Shown: positions 28,743-41,340 of the stretch, piece by piece | How the letters are laid out: each line of letters begins with the position of its first letter | Position numbering within the stretch: the stretch's first letter is position 1 | From: Eledone cirrhosa | Taxonomy: Eukaryota | DNA: 64,000 nucleotides | Assembly (NCBI GenBank): GCA_964016885.1 | Contig: OZ024741.1 | Location: 290,780,001 to 290,844,000, forward strand | Direction: 5' to 3' | The notes under the pieces: generated by a model | Seen by the model: the letters and a program-made list of their open reading frames with translations, nothing else | Told to the model about the DNA's origin: nothing | Databases searched by the model: none | Made by a program: the position numbers and the translations under genes

Positions 28743-29169
28743 GAAAACGCTTTAATAAAAAAAAATATCAACTGTAATGTATGTATGCATGTATTTATGT
28801 GTTTATATGAGCGGGGATATGCAAGTAAATCTTACTTTGTGGACAGCTTCCCCTTAGCATAATATTCATGCTAGAACAGCATATATTTGAAAGTTTTCAG
28901 GGAGTTGAATTACTGATTTTGGATCGGTAGCTTTAGCTTTGAAAAAATGAAATGTGCAGTGTAAACATTTTTTATTATTCCTCCGGGGATGAATCTTCTC
29001 TGCCCTTTTCCATCTCTTTCTTTCTCTCTGGAAGAAATCAGCCGTAGTAAGACCTAAAAAAATGGTTAGATACACCATGACGCACCGTGCATCACGGTGG
29101 AGTTGAAAAACAGACTCAGAACATGGCGTTGTGTGGGGGTGGCTCGCAGCCCAATGTTCCAGGGGCAGC

Positions 29170-29234
29170 AGAAGAAGAAGAAGAAGAAGAAGAAGAAGAA
29201 GAAGAAGAAGAAGAAGAAGAAGAAGAAGAAGAAG
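29170..29234. repeat. (GAA)n microsatellite
   Basis: Direct reading. Confidence 0.95.
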
Positions 29235-29959
29235 ATGTGAGCTGGAGACCTATCAAAGATGTAGGTTGTGTCTTAAATTGAAGGTTTAGTAGAAACAATT
29301 CATTTATAGTTTGTACTTTTCTTTTTGTCATTCATATATAAACAAATCTACTATATAAATTGGAAATGTAGTCAGATAAACGTCGAAATGGCTTGGTGGA
29401 ATGCAGCGAAAATTTACACAGTTATGCAAAATGACCAGAGGAGGGGTTGGGTCGACTTTCAAGTTACCAGCTTCTATGGTTACGGAGAAACTCGATGAAA
29501 CAAGAATTTCCCATTCAAATTGAACTGAGAGTAATCTGTGAACGCAGAAGTAAATATTTCGAGAAACGTTGTAACGGAACGAAAACAGGAAGACGATATT
29601 TTGGTTCGTGAAGACGTTCCCTGGCAATGAACGAGAAAAAAGCGAGGATAATACGTCGTTATGTGGAACGTGAAGAACAATTTCATGCAAAGACAAGACT
29701 AAGTTTATGGTATAAATGGAGTCGTTATAATAATATTCTATTTAAAATAACAGAATGATTTCCAGCCCCTGAGTTTAAGAATGATGTAAATAAAATTGAA
29801 AACGAAAATGACAGAGGTTATTAAAATACTAAAAGTAAATAGTGAAGATTTAGGCCAGTACATACGTATGCCCTGACGGACATACACATACATACACACA
29901 CACAAATACATACCACCACCCTACATACACACAAACACGCACACACGAACGCACGCGTA

Positions 29960-30400
29960 TGTGTATAAACCTTATGCATTTCTACAGTATTTTCACCAAA
30001 CTTAAGACATAGGTTACTTATGTACTCCGGATGGCCATGGGCACTGTCATTTTTCCAGATATTGATTATAGGACACCCCGGCAGATAACCCCTTTAACCA
30101 CTTTAACCACTTCCTTGGAGTCGACTGAAGCACTGCAGTGCAATGCAACAAAACGTCATAACTTCTGGAGTTCGCAACCGATTTTCACAAAACTTGACAC
30201 ATGGGCTACGTTTGTCCCACAGATGAATGTGAACTCTCAGAATTGGCACATATTGGGTAGGGGACTCCTGGGGGCAGGAACCCCCTTTTGGAAAAAGCCG
30301 ATGATTTTGTACAGTTTTCGAAGCAGCACTGAAGTATTGACATAAATGGTAGACACAACTGCTATTTAATATCCGAGCAACGCCGGGTACCTCTGCTAGT
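29960..30400 (+). mobile_element. Non-autonomous Helitron-like element
   Basis: 3' GC-rich hairpin CCGAGCAACGCCGGG followed by CTAG|T. Similar ends at 4524-4552 (+) and about 63932-63963 (-). An internal CCGATTTTCACAAAACTT-like motif recurs near 3460 and 57325. Confidence 0.6.
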
Positions 30401-30493
30401 ATATATATATAGTTCGGAATAACAGAAAACAAATAACAGACAAACGAAGGAGTAAATGTTTCCAATATACACACATACACAACACACATACAC

Positions 30494-30614
<121 letters not shown>

Positions 30615-31181
30615 GTATATATATAAATAAATATATATATATATGGTGAAAGCATGTTGAAATAACTCCCAAAACAAGAAGAGCACAGTAAAACAACGTC
30701 TGCAGCAACAATAATATCAATAGTTATATATGATATGTATAAAATATACAGTTATACTTTATATTTATACAGAAAACTTCATAACCGGAAGAGAACAAAT
30801 GCCTTGATTGTTTGTGTTTGTTGAATCAAATTCTCTTGTGTAGAATAGTCACTGTGAATTGAACACTTCTATTGTGTCCATTCGTCTGTCGATGTTCCCT
30901 TTCTACCTATGTCAGAAAAGATTTCTTAGCGAGGCAATAATGACATTTCTGTCGACAATCTAAATGCTAGAAATAACAAATACAATTTCCAACATATCAC
31001 ACACGATCTTTTATAAAATATTAGATAATGTGTTTGTAGATGTATTATGCTTGTAATATATACCAAAAACACAGTTACTATAGAACATCTGACAATGGGT
31101 CCAAGCAGAGGTACGAGGCTAAGAAATGTATATGGCAAACACTTTTTGTAGAATCAATTGCATTGAACGGGATTTGAGTGT

Positions 31182-31220
<39 letters not shown>

Positions 31221-31264
31221 TATATAATATATATATGTCTATGTAGATATTTACACAGACACAG

Positions 31265-31309
<45 letters not shown>

Positions 31310-31789
31310 GTTTTAATATAGATGAGATTCTACAGGACTCAAACTGTTTCATTCTTTAGAAATTTTTTATACTCTGCTATGTATTGAGTACCTTACTTAC
31401 AAGCCGGAATAACTTACCTATATATATATACGGTATATATATATATATACGGTATATATATATATTGCATGAAGTATTCACTCTAAATTCACTATTCTCC
31501 TTTTACTTTGCTCCACTTTTCAAATCAAATGACACGACGGTTCAGTTATATTCAAATATTGTAAGCGCGTCCATTGAGAATATCGTCTATGAAAAACTAC
31601 TCAGTTGCTCGCATGTGTGCGTGCTGAACTTTGGGTCTTTCCGCAGGGAACAACCCCTTGTTTTCTCCCCAACCTTTTTGTGTACATCCATCCATTCACT
31701 CATTCATTTACTGTCATTCTACCATCCTGTGTCTCCCCCTCCATGCAGCCCCTTTTCGCTCTCGTTTTCTGGCACCTCCATATATATAA

Positions 31790-34700
31790 GTGAACTCTGC
31801 TGCCCTCTTACCAGCACTTTCCCTTCCGCCCACACACACCAGCCACCCACCCCTGATGCCGCTCGGTGCCCCAGTCCCCGGCCCCACGCCCCATCCCCCA
31901 CACCTCCAAATCGACACCTGCAGCACTTGCGGCACCACTAACAAACGGAAGAGGGGCCGGAACTGTTTGAGGTGCGGCTGCTTCCACCACCTCACCCTCG
32001 TTGGCTTGACTCGTCGAGCTTCCAATGCCCTCGCAGCGTGGAGGTGCAGGAGCTGCCTCTTCCCCACGTCTTCCCAGCCACGGCCGTCTGGCACACCACC
32101 AGATGGGACAGCGAGCTTGCCTGACGCCCGAGCCTCGCTGGTCAACATCGCTCGGCTCAGGCGGCTCCGGAAGATCCCACTCAAGATCCCGAGAGCGGCA
32201 CGGGTGCCGGTAGCCGATGCCCTCGCTTCCTCGAATGAGAGCGCCCTGGACTCCAATCGAGCCAGTGACTGGGAGCGGCTGTTCTATTTCGCCCCACTCG
32301 CCCTCGGCCTCCCCAGCTCTGGCGCTGACCGGGGCGGCCGGTCAACAGCAGCCTTCGTCAAGGCCAATGTCTCGTCATTTGGGCGAGCGCCCATTCCAAG
32401 CGTGCCCAGGGACGCCACACACCCCACCCTCAGGTACCCCCTATCCTCCACCCCTGAGGCCATCGCCAAGCGTTTGCGTGACCAGGTAAACGCAAAGCTT
32501 ATCATGTGTGATGTCTCGGCCGCAGTCAGAGTTGTTGCCTCAGAGGACACTGTCCTCCAACCCCCCGAGGAGATCATGGCTGATCTGCGGCTCAATCACC
32601 CTGAACCACCCACTGATCTCAGACCCATACCCCCACCCGACCCCCACCTGCTCCTTGTGGCTACTGATACAGATATGATGTCCGCCATCAGGTCCTTCCC
32701 AGCTAGCAGCTGCGGAGGTGTTGATGGTCTCCGACCAGGCCACCTCAAGGAGTTGACATCCCCCTCTCTCCGCTGAAGCCACGCGCCGCCTTCTGAGTGC
32801 AATTGTGGCGCTCACCAATAGGCTCATTCATGGTGCCCTCGACCCTTACGCGCGAGGCCTCCTTTTTTCGGCCAGCCTCACCGCTCTCAGGAAGAAAGAG
32901 GGTGGTATACGCCCCATTGCTGTGGACAATGTCTTCTGGAGGCTGGCTGCCAAGGTGATCTGCAAGTCCGTCACACACGAACTGGGTGAGGAGTTTAGTC
33001 CGGTGCAACTGGGTGTCGGCGTGTCCGGTGGCTGTGAGGGAGCCTCTCATGCAATCAGGCAGTTCTTCAGCAGCTGCCCATCGGTGCCGGCATCCAGGGA
33101 CTCCAGGCACCTCATTGTCAACCTTGACATGAGGAATGCCTTTAACTCTTTACGCCGGGATCATCTGCTCGAGGTCTGCCTCAGCCGAGCCCCCTCTGCC
33201 TACCCGCTGGCCTACCTGTCATATGGAGCCCCGAGCATGCTCCTAGCTGCTGATACGGTCATACCCTCGGCTACTGGAGTCCAACAGGGCGACCCTTTGG
33301 GACCCCTCCTGTTCGCCCTTGGTATTGACCACATCGCCCGGAGTATCACGGCCCCTCTCAACGTTTGGTATCTGGATGATGCTACGTTGGGCGGGCTCGT
33401 ACGGACGGTCTGCCAAGACCTTCAATCGGTGATTCCTGCACTGGCGGGAATCGGCCTCCAGGTCAACTCGGCCAAGTCGGAGGTGGTGAACGTCAGCCTC
33501 GATGCTGCGATCTTTGCAGCCTCCGTCTTGGACGTGCGGTCCATTCTCCGCCAGGTTCAGGTGACCCCAAAAGAGGATGTCCTCATCCTCGGGTCACCGA
33601 TCCACCCGCCCGCCATCCGCTCCACCGTCAGGTCCATGCTTCAACAGCTCCAGACTCTCACGAGCCGACTAGGCTTGATTGACGGCCACCCAGCTCTCTT
33701 TCTGCTGAGGAACTGCTTCGCCATGCCGAAGCTCCTTTATACACTCCGCAGCGCTCCATGCTACACCCAGACATCTCTCTTCGCTGACCTCGATACTTGT
33801 ATCCGAGCAGCAGCCGAGGGGATAGGCAACGTCAAGTTTGACGACATAGGGTGGCAACAGGCCACTTTACCGGTCAGGTATGGCGGCCTAGGCCTCCGAT
33901 CACCGATCTCAATAGCTTTGCCGGCATATCTTTCGTCGGTAACCTCGTTCCGCGTCCTCGTCAGCAGGGTTCTTCAAAACACAACAGAAACCTCTGTGTT
34001 CAGAGAACGTGAGGCCGCCTGTGAGACGTGGGACCGGCTGGGACTTAGCCCAGTTGACGTCTCTCCTCCTTCTTCCCCTGTTGACGTCAAGTCCCCCCAA
34101 CACACTTGGGATGCCATCCAGTGCAGCCTGGCCTCAGATAGGCTCACGCACCAGCTCAAACAGCCCCGCCTTGCTTGTTTTCGTGCGGACTCCAAACCCC
34201 ACAGTGGTGCCTGGCTCCATGCCCTTTCCTCCTTCTCCACTGGCACGCAGCTAGACAACCATAGCCTGCGAATCGGCGTGTCCCTGAGGCTCGGTCAGCC
34301 CCACCAATGTCGCTGCGGTTCCACCGTGGACTCTTTCGGCCTCCACCCGCTTTCCTGTCGCCACAGTGCCGGCCGCATTCCACGCCATACTGCCCTCAAC
34401 GAGGTCATTAAGGATGGCTTGGACGCTGCAAGCTTCCCTTCCCAGCTCGAGCCGGTGGGGCTGGATTGAGGGGACGGCAAAAGGCCAGATGGCATGACCA
34501 TCCGGTGGCAAACCCATCGTCTGGGATGCCACTTGCACCGACACTTTCTGCAGCCGCAACCTGGTGCAGTCTGCGACTGACCCAGGTACTGCTGCACGTC
34601 GGGCTGAGGGGGCCAAATTCCGCAAATACCGGTCTCTCTCCGACAGGTTTGCGGTCGTTCCCCTGGCAGTGGAAACTTCTGGTGTCATCGGCCCCAAGGC

Positions 34701-34869
34701 TACCTCCTTACTCACCACCATAGGCGCTGAGCTGGCCAGCCGCAGGTGTGAGCCCCGCAAGTTGGAGTGGCTTTTCCAGTGCGTCTCACTTGCTGTCCTC
34801 CGGGGCAACGCCTTCTCCATTCTGTCCACGGGGGCTGTGGGTGGGCCCCATCGCGTACCAATACATTAG
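31790..34869 (+). pseudogene. CRE ORF (finger-RT-RLE) with few lesions
   Basis: Frameshift near 32768, in-frame TGA at 34467 (D*GDGKRPDG, probably CGA>TGA), and a small deletion/frameshift near 34500. Confidence 0.85.
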
Positions 34870-34905
34870 TTAAATACCATTCTTTCCTCGGTACACCTAT
34901 CTCAT
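31790..34905 (+). mobile_element. CRE-clade (RLE-type) non-LTR retrotransposon, near full length
   Basis: Motifs in order: N-terminal Cys/His finger; RT (GGIRPIAV, QLGVG..GGCE, DMRNAFN, GVQQGDPLGPLLF, WYLDD); GGLGLRS; SGAWL; CRCG..HPLSC; GRIPRHTALN; endonuclease RPDG..WDATC..KY..PLAVETSG. YLDD and these motifs are typical of CRE-like elements. Visibly GC-rich against the background. Confidence 0.88.
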
Positions 34906-35136
34906 AATAGAATATTAGTCTACGAATACGTCGTTATGTGGACCGAGAAGAACAATTTCATGCGAAGACAAGACCAAGTTTATGGCATAAACGGTGTCGT
35001 TAGACTAATATTCTATTTAAAATAACAGAATGACTTTTATCCAACTTAAGGTGTTATGAAAACGTAAGACAAACCCCGACTTCTTCGACTTAAGAACTGA
35101 AACTCGACTAAAACATTTACGCGTAAAAGTAGACGA

Positions 35137-35231
<95 letters not shown>

Positions 35232-35492
35232 GTTTGTGTGTGTGTGTGTGTGCATGTGTATTCGTCAATAATTCCATAATTACATACATAGATATACAAA
35301 TATCTTCAAATTATGGTGTCTTTACAAATGAGTGCATTTCTTTATTGTTGTTATTGTAACTATTTTATCGACCCCGCAAGGGGAAAAGGCGAAGTTAATT
35401 CAGCCGAGGTTAACTTTGCCTTTCATCCTTACGAGGTCGATAAAATAAAGTACCAGTAATACACTGGTAAATTTGGTGGCCTTGTGCCACGA

Positions 35493-36312
35493 AGGGCAGG
35501 CAATTTTCCTCTGTCTGGTGACAGTAGCAAAAGTGGTTGTATGGTGAACTAGGTTGAAAGGACTGAAGACAAACACTTTTCTCTTCGGCCAGTCCCTCAT
35601 CAACTTTTTCAAGTTTCATTTGGAAAGAAAGGTGAGGGTGAAGAGAGAAGGGGTGCGCCCCCCCCCCCCGTACATTTGCTGAAAGTGGGTGAATGTGGCG
35701 AGAAAAGCCCGTGTGAGTGGGCCTACTCTGACCATGCACCTGTAGGTGGGTGAATTTCAGGAGGAGAGGGGTGCTCTCGTAGACGGGTGGTTTAGGATTG
35801 GTGGGGTACCTGAGTGAACCCTGGGTGGTTATCCTCCCTATTAGGGAATTTTCCTTGTATTTTTATTGTTATTCTGTTGTTGTTATTTATATTGTTAACA
35901 CGTTTTATATGTAAAACCCCGCTGTCCCTGTCTTTTGTATCGTCCCCTATATGTCGGCCCTTGTGGCCAATAAATGAAATCATTATTACATTTGCTGAAA
36001 GGTGGGTGAGTGTGGTGAGAATGGCCCATGTGAGTGGGCCTATTCTGGTCATGCGCCTGTAGGTGGGTAAATTTGAGAAGAAGAGAGGTGCCCTTCCAGG
36101 GTGCTCTCGAAGCGTCGGGTCGTTCAGGATTGGTGGGGTACCTGAACGAACCCTGGGTGGTCATCCCCCCCTATTGGTGAATTTTTCTTGTATTTTTCTT
36201 GTTACTTTGTTATTGTTATTCATATTTGTTTACTCGATTTTTCTGTAAAACCCCACTGTCACAGTCTTTTGTATTGTCCCCTATATGTCGGCCCTTTTGG
36301 CCAATAAATGAA
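35493..36312 (+). mobile_element. Two tandem 3' fragments of a second Tx1-like subfamily
   Basis: Both end in TGTCGGCCCTT(G/T)TGGCCAATAAATGAAAT (about 35980 and 36312). The translated remnant FAERWVSVVRMAHVSGP matches the Tx1 C-terminus. Confidence 0.75.
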
Positions 36313-36364
36313 ATGTACTGGGTAATTGCTGGCCTTGTGCCAAAAGTAGAAACAATTATTATTG

Positions 36365-36461
36365 GTAGTAGTAGTAGTAGTAGTAATAGTAATAGTAATA
36401 GTAATAGTAATAGTAATAGAAGAAGAAGAAGAAGAAGAAGAAGAAGAAGAAGAAGAAGAAG

Positions 36462-36490
<29 letters not shown>
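36365..36490. repeat. (AGT)n(AATAGT)n(GAA)n compound microsatellite
   Basis: Direct reading. Confidence 0.95.
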
Positions 36491-36492
<2 letters not shown>

Positions 36493-36838
36493 GACCAGAC
36501 TGAATTGGCTCTGATCTGATCAGTGATATTATGACATCATATCTGCTGTTTATGACGTTTTGACCAAAAGGATGAAAGCTTCTCCGCAATGGGTACTATG
36601 TTGAAAAGTGAGCCGCATTTGGTCACATTCCATGAGAATATCTTGGTGAGGCGACTCTCGTATGTATGTATATCAATCTATCTATCTATATATATACACG
36701 CATATATGAAGTGTTCATGGTGTGATTTCCAAGAACACCACAAATCAAATTAGTGCCCAATCCAAGAAGAGATGTAGTGTAGGTACATTTAATTCGTGTA
36801 TCCCCATATATATAAATATGTATGTATATATATATATA

Positions 36839-36922
<84 letters not shown>

Positions 36923-36923
<1 letters not shown>

Positions 36924-37084
36924 CGTTATTCCGGGTTGAATCGGAGGTAACCACAGTAAGGTACTCAATACATTGCAGAGTATAAAAGTTTTAATATAGA
37001 TGAGATTCTACAGGACTAGAACTGTTTCATTCTTTAGAAATCATCAGGAATCTCTTGGTTACCTCCGATTCAACCCGGAATAAC

Positions 37085-37086
<2 letters not shown>
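36923..37086 (-). mobile_element. 164-bp hammerhead-bearing mini-element with perfect 31-bp inverted ends in (TA)n (family A)
   Basis: 36923-36953 is the exact reverse complement of 37056-37086. Relatives at 25398-25595, 27340-27518, 31309-31415 and 50205-50265. Confidence 0.8.
37002..37054 (-). ncRNA. Type I hammerhead ribozyme (family A)
   Basis: Minus strand GAGATTC-CTGATGA-T TTCT AA AGAA T-GAA-ACAG ttctagtc CTGT-A-GAATCTC: 7-bp helix I, intact CUGAUGA/GAAA core, 4-bp helix III, GUA triplet. Confidence 0.8.
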
Positions 37087-37154
<68 letters not shown>

Positions 37155-37511
37155 ATAATAATAAAATTGAAGACTAAAATTCAAAGAGGGCTCGATAAGG
37201 AAAATATATATCAAATATATTAGAACCGAAGAGCAAATATTTATTAAAATAACAGATTAAAGTTTAAGCAAAGAATCGCTGCTTTCACCCTTAACGGGAT
37301 CTTCTGAAACTAACAAAGTCAATCTGTAAACGCAGAACTGGATATTTCAAAAAACGTTGCAACCGGAGGAAGACAGGAAGACGATACTTTGGTTCATGGT
37401 GACGTTCGCTGGTAAAGAACGAGAAAAAACGAATAATACGTCATTAATAGGAGCGGTGAAAAACAATTACGCGCAAAGACAGAACCACGTTTATGGTATA
37501 AAAGAGGTCGA

Positions 37512-38275
37512 ACTATAGTTATAAGGTTGGTAATTTAAAACTATAATTCAGAGATTTGATTCTAAACCTGTAGATATTGTTCTCTATACAGTAACGGTAA
37601 AACTGCCTTGTAATAATTCTTTGCACACATCTCACTGTGTAACACACTTCCCTTTGTGTAATATATTTGCATTTGAGCTCAGAAGAAAATTCTCTATTCT
37701 TCTTTGAGCTAATATCATTATTATTACTGTGAACTGCGGAATACTCTTAATTCCGATCCTTGTATACTTAACGAGCTCTAAGTTGTTGAGCTAATAAATT
37801 CGAATGGTTGGGCTGCCCTCTCTAGCATTTTCCCCAAACCATGAGAGCCGTTATTTGATGCAAATAACACGTGATTTCGCCCTACTCTGGGCAGCTTGTA
37901 TATTAGCTTTCTCTCTATCCATGAGGTTAGATGTGTCGTGAACGGTATCCACATTTGCTGACTGAGGATCCTGTGGGCTGTTAAACTGCACATGTCGATG
38001 GTGAAACGAACGAGATTCGTATCAGCAAACTTATAGTTATAAGGTTGGTAATTTAAAACTCTACTTCAGAGATTTGATTCTGACTTAGTTTTTTTCTATT
38101 TAATTGCTAAACCTGTAGATATTGTTCTCTATACAGTAACGGTAAAACTGACTCGTAATAATTCTTTACACACATCTCACTGTGTAACACACTTCTCTTT
38201 GTGTAATATATTTTCATTTGAGCTCAGAAGAAAATTCTCTATTCTTCTTTGAGCTAATATTATTATTATTACTGT
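37512..38275 (-). mobile_element. Possible PLE coding relic with internal direct duplication
   Basis: 37512-37730 is repeated at 38031-38275 with an insertion of about 27 nt. Weak resemblance to PLE thumb/linker. Lies upstream (on -) of a family-B terminal repeat. Confidence 0.4.
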
Positions 38276-38397
38276 ATATAATATATATATATATATATAT
38301 GTATATATAATATATATTATATATATATATATATATAATATATATATATATATATTATATATAATATATATATATATATATTATATATATTATATAT

Positions 38398-38497
<100 letters not shown>

Positions 38498-38790
38498 CAT
38501 ATATAAATATATATACGTGTGTATAATGGTAACTATGGTGCTTCCATAGGCAGTATGCCAAAATTAGCACTCAATATTCTTATAGAGCAAACAAATAGTA
38601 TAAAAAAACGAAAAATCAGTGATACATCTGGACTCAGTTTATTGCGTGTTACAATTGTTTCGCCGGCAGGTAGCTCGAGACATGATCACTGTATGGATCT
38701 GGCTGATTCTACGGCTGCATGTTCCTTCGTACACAGGCATTTCGTTCGGAGCAAATTTTCTCACTATATAAATATATATATATATATAGT

Positions 38791-38894
38791 AATAATTGTT
38801 TCTACTTTAGGCACAAGGCCAGCAATTACCCAGTGCATTACTGGTACTTTATTTTATCGACCCCGTAAGGATGAAAGGCAAAGTCAACCTCGGC
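38791..38894 (-). mobile_element. SINE family 1, 5'-truncated
   Basis: Tail and body only; interrupts the AATAATAATAA of a family-B terminus. Confidence 0.8.
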
Positions 38895-39097
38895 AATAAA
38901 TTTGAAGATTAAAATCCAAAGAGGGCTCGATAAGGATAAATATATATCAAATATATAAGAACCCTAGAGCAAATATTTATTAAAATAACATTAAAATTTA
39001 AGCAAAGAATCGCTGCTTTCACCCTTAACTTTGTTAGTTTCAGAAGATCCCGTTAAGGGTGAAAGCAGCGATTCTTTGCTTAAACTTTAATCTCTTA

Positions 39098-39211
<114 letters not shown>

Positions 39212-39689
39212 GAATTTGAATAATTAAAAAAACAAGATACAATGCATTAGAATATTAAAGGTGCCAAGATAATAATAGAATCTCACCTTAACAAATTTAA
39301 TAATCCCAAATATTTTCGTGTTTAAAAACCCATTATGAAGGGAGTCTTGCTGTGAAGGTCTTAAAGGATCGATCGGAGATGAGTTGTTAGGAAGATAGAT
39401 TTAAGTTAAATGTAATGAAAAGACGTTAAAATTTCGAACGTGTGCGTTGTGAAATGTGTGGGAAACGGTGTATGATATATGCATGTGTGTGAGTGAATAT
39501 AAGTGTGTTTAGTGGTAGATGTATGTATGTGTGTGCGTGAGAGTAAGTTTATGTAGCGAAAGGTGTGTGCGAATATGTATATGATATAAGGGAAACAATA
39601 TGTGTATGATATTTCTATGTATGTGCGAGAGGCGTGTGCGAATATGCCTATGGTAAAAAGGGAAAAAAATGTGTATGTTTGTGTGTGAG

Positions 39690-40190
39690 TCTAAGTGTGT
39701 ATGCAGGGTGAGGACGTGGATTTAATTTGAAAGAAAGAATGAAAGGGGCGACTGGGATGTTGGAATGATGGCATAATTGTGTTGGATATTTTAAATTCAG
39801 GTGCACTTCTTTCCATTCGATTAATGATCCTAGGTTTTAATTGCATGATCAAGAAGTCTTCCTTAATTCTCAGAGTTCGCATACAGCGTTCGGTAGCTAA
39901 GACTGTTGTGGTAATGTTGTTGCCCAGGTTTCCGCATTTGGTGATGCGTTTGCGGAAGGAGGAGGAGTTGGTGTTAACATGTTTTTTAATACAGAGATGC
40001 TGCCTATGTAGAATAGATTGCACTTGTTACATTCTAGCCTGTATGCTACATAGGAATGTAGATAACAATTAGTGTTGCAAATAGAGCAATTGGCTAGGGT
40101 GCATCCGTTCAGGAAGGTCCAGAGTGAGCTAGTTTGATATTGAGGCCCTCTCTCCTGATGGCTTTGCGTATAGCGTTGGTAGTTTCCTTG
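39690..40190 (-). mobile_element. Degenerate PLE thumb/GIY-YIG fragment
   Basis: Minus strand LECNKCNLFYIGS, then LRIKEDFLIMQLKPRIINR, matching the GIY-YIG E/N motifs. Confidence 0.65.
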
Positions 40191-40199
40191 CTACCCTAA

Positions 40200-40600
40200 G
40201 CAACCTAAGATCTAAGAACCTCGTATACCTCCCATCGAACAAGGGAAAAGAGTTTTGTGTTATTACCAGAGAGGACGACAGTCTCTACTCGGAAGTCACT
40301 GGAATGACACCCGCGCTGATAGAGAACCGGATCAACACCGCCTGGACCAACATCTGTGTTTGGAGAAGGCTCCCGAAGAGATTCCGATACAATTACAAAA
40401 CACACAACGAAGGACCCGACCTAAAAATTAGATCCATTGTCTCCTGGGTTGAAGGAATATCTTATAAAACCTCTTGGCTTCTGTCCAAGATTTTGAAGCC
40501 CCTGTTGACAACATTTCCAAGCCACATCTACAGCTCGGATGAAGGCATCCAGCGACTCAGCCAACTCGAACTTGACACCTTCAGCCAAGGTACACCTTCA
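40200..40600 (+). mobile_element. Degenerate PLE RT N-terminal fragment
   Basis: KTHNEGPDLKIRSIVSWVEGISYKTSWLLSKILKPLLTTFPSHI matches the PLE RT pattern K.HK...RPIVS..G..Y.LS..L..ILKPL. Confidence 0.75.
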
Positions 40601-40814
40601 GCCTAGAATGTGTCGGTACCAGCGACCTGGATTATTTCGGCCTCACCACTACCGACATTCACCACCACCTATCCATCATTGTCAACAACGCCTCTTTCAA
40701 CTTGTACGTCAATACTCATCTTTTTTCATTTCTTAGAGGGTTCTAACCACCATCCGCTATCAGGCTAAAATTTCTTTAGTAAAAAATAAGGCGAAAGCTT
40801 ATATATACTGTATA

Positions 40815-41030
40815 TGGAGGCACATGACTGAGTGGTTAGAGAATTGGATTTACAATCGTGAGGTTGTGAGTTAGATTCCCGGACCGGATGATGTGTTATG
40901 TCCTTGAGCAAGACACTTTATTTCACGATGATCCTTCTACCTGGGTTGCGACCGATAGATAGTATTAGCAATTGAAAAGACGAATGGAAACATTGTTTCC
41001 TCGGTCTGATTTCACGAAAGTCGATCGACA
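40815..41030 (+). mobile_element. tRNA-derived CORE-like SINE (family 2); related copies at 980-1160 (+), 26230-26360 (+), 42850-43095 (-) and 53440-53608 (-)
   Basis: A box (TGACTGAGTGGTTAG), B box (GAGTT(A/C)GATTCCC) and TGTCCTTGAGCAAGACACTT. Confidence 0.7.
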
Positions 41031-41049
41031 TATATATATATATATACAT

Positions 41050-41143
<94 letters not shown>

Positions 41144-41146
41144 GTT

Positions 41147-41223
41147 AATTCTAGATATTTCGATCAACCACGTGCAAGAGACCAGTCTATTTCACAACTT
41201 GTACACACACACACACACGCACG

Positions 41224-41258
<35 letters not shown>

Positions 41259-41267
41259 ACGCACACG

Positions 41268-41305
<38 letters not shown>

Positions 41306-41307
41306 AT

Positions 41308-41340
<33 letters not shown>

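Noticed and set aside
29087-29281. Poly-Glu ORF as a host exon
   Set aside because: Explained by a (GAA)n tract; no recognisable domain or convincing splice context.
34467-34469. In-frame TGA in the CRE ORF as selenocysteine or readthrough
   Set aside because: The position fits Arg (CGA>TGA at a CpG), and neighbouring frameshifts show the copy is decayed.
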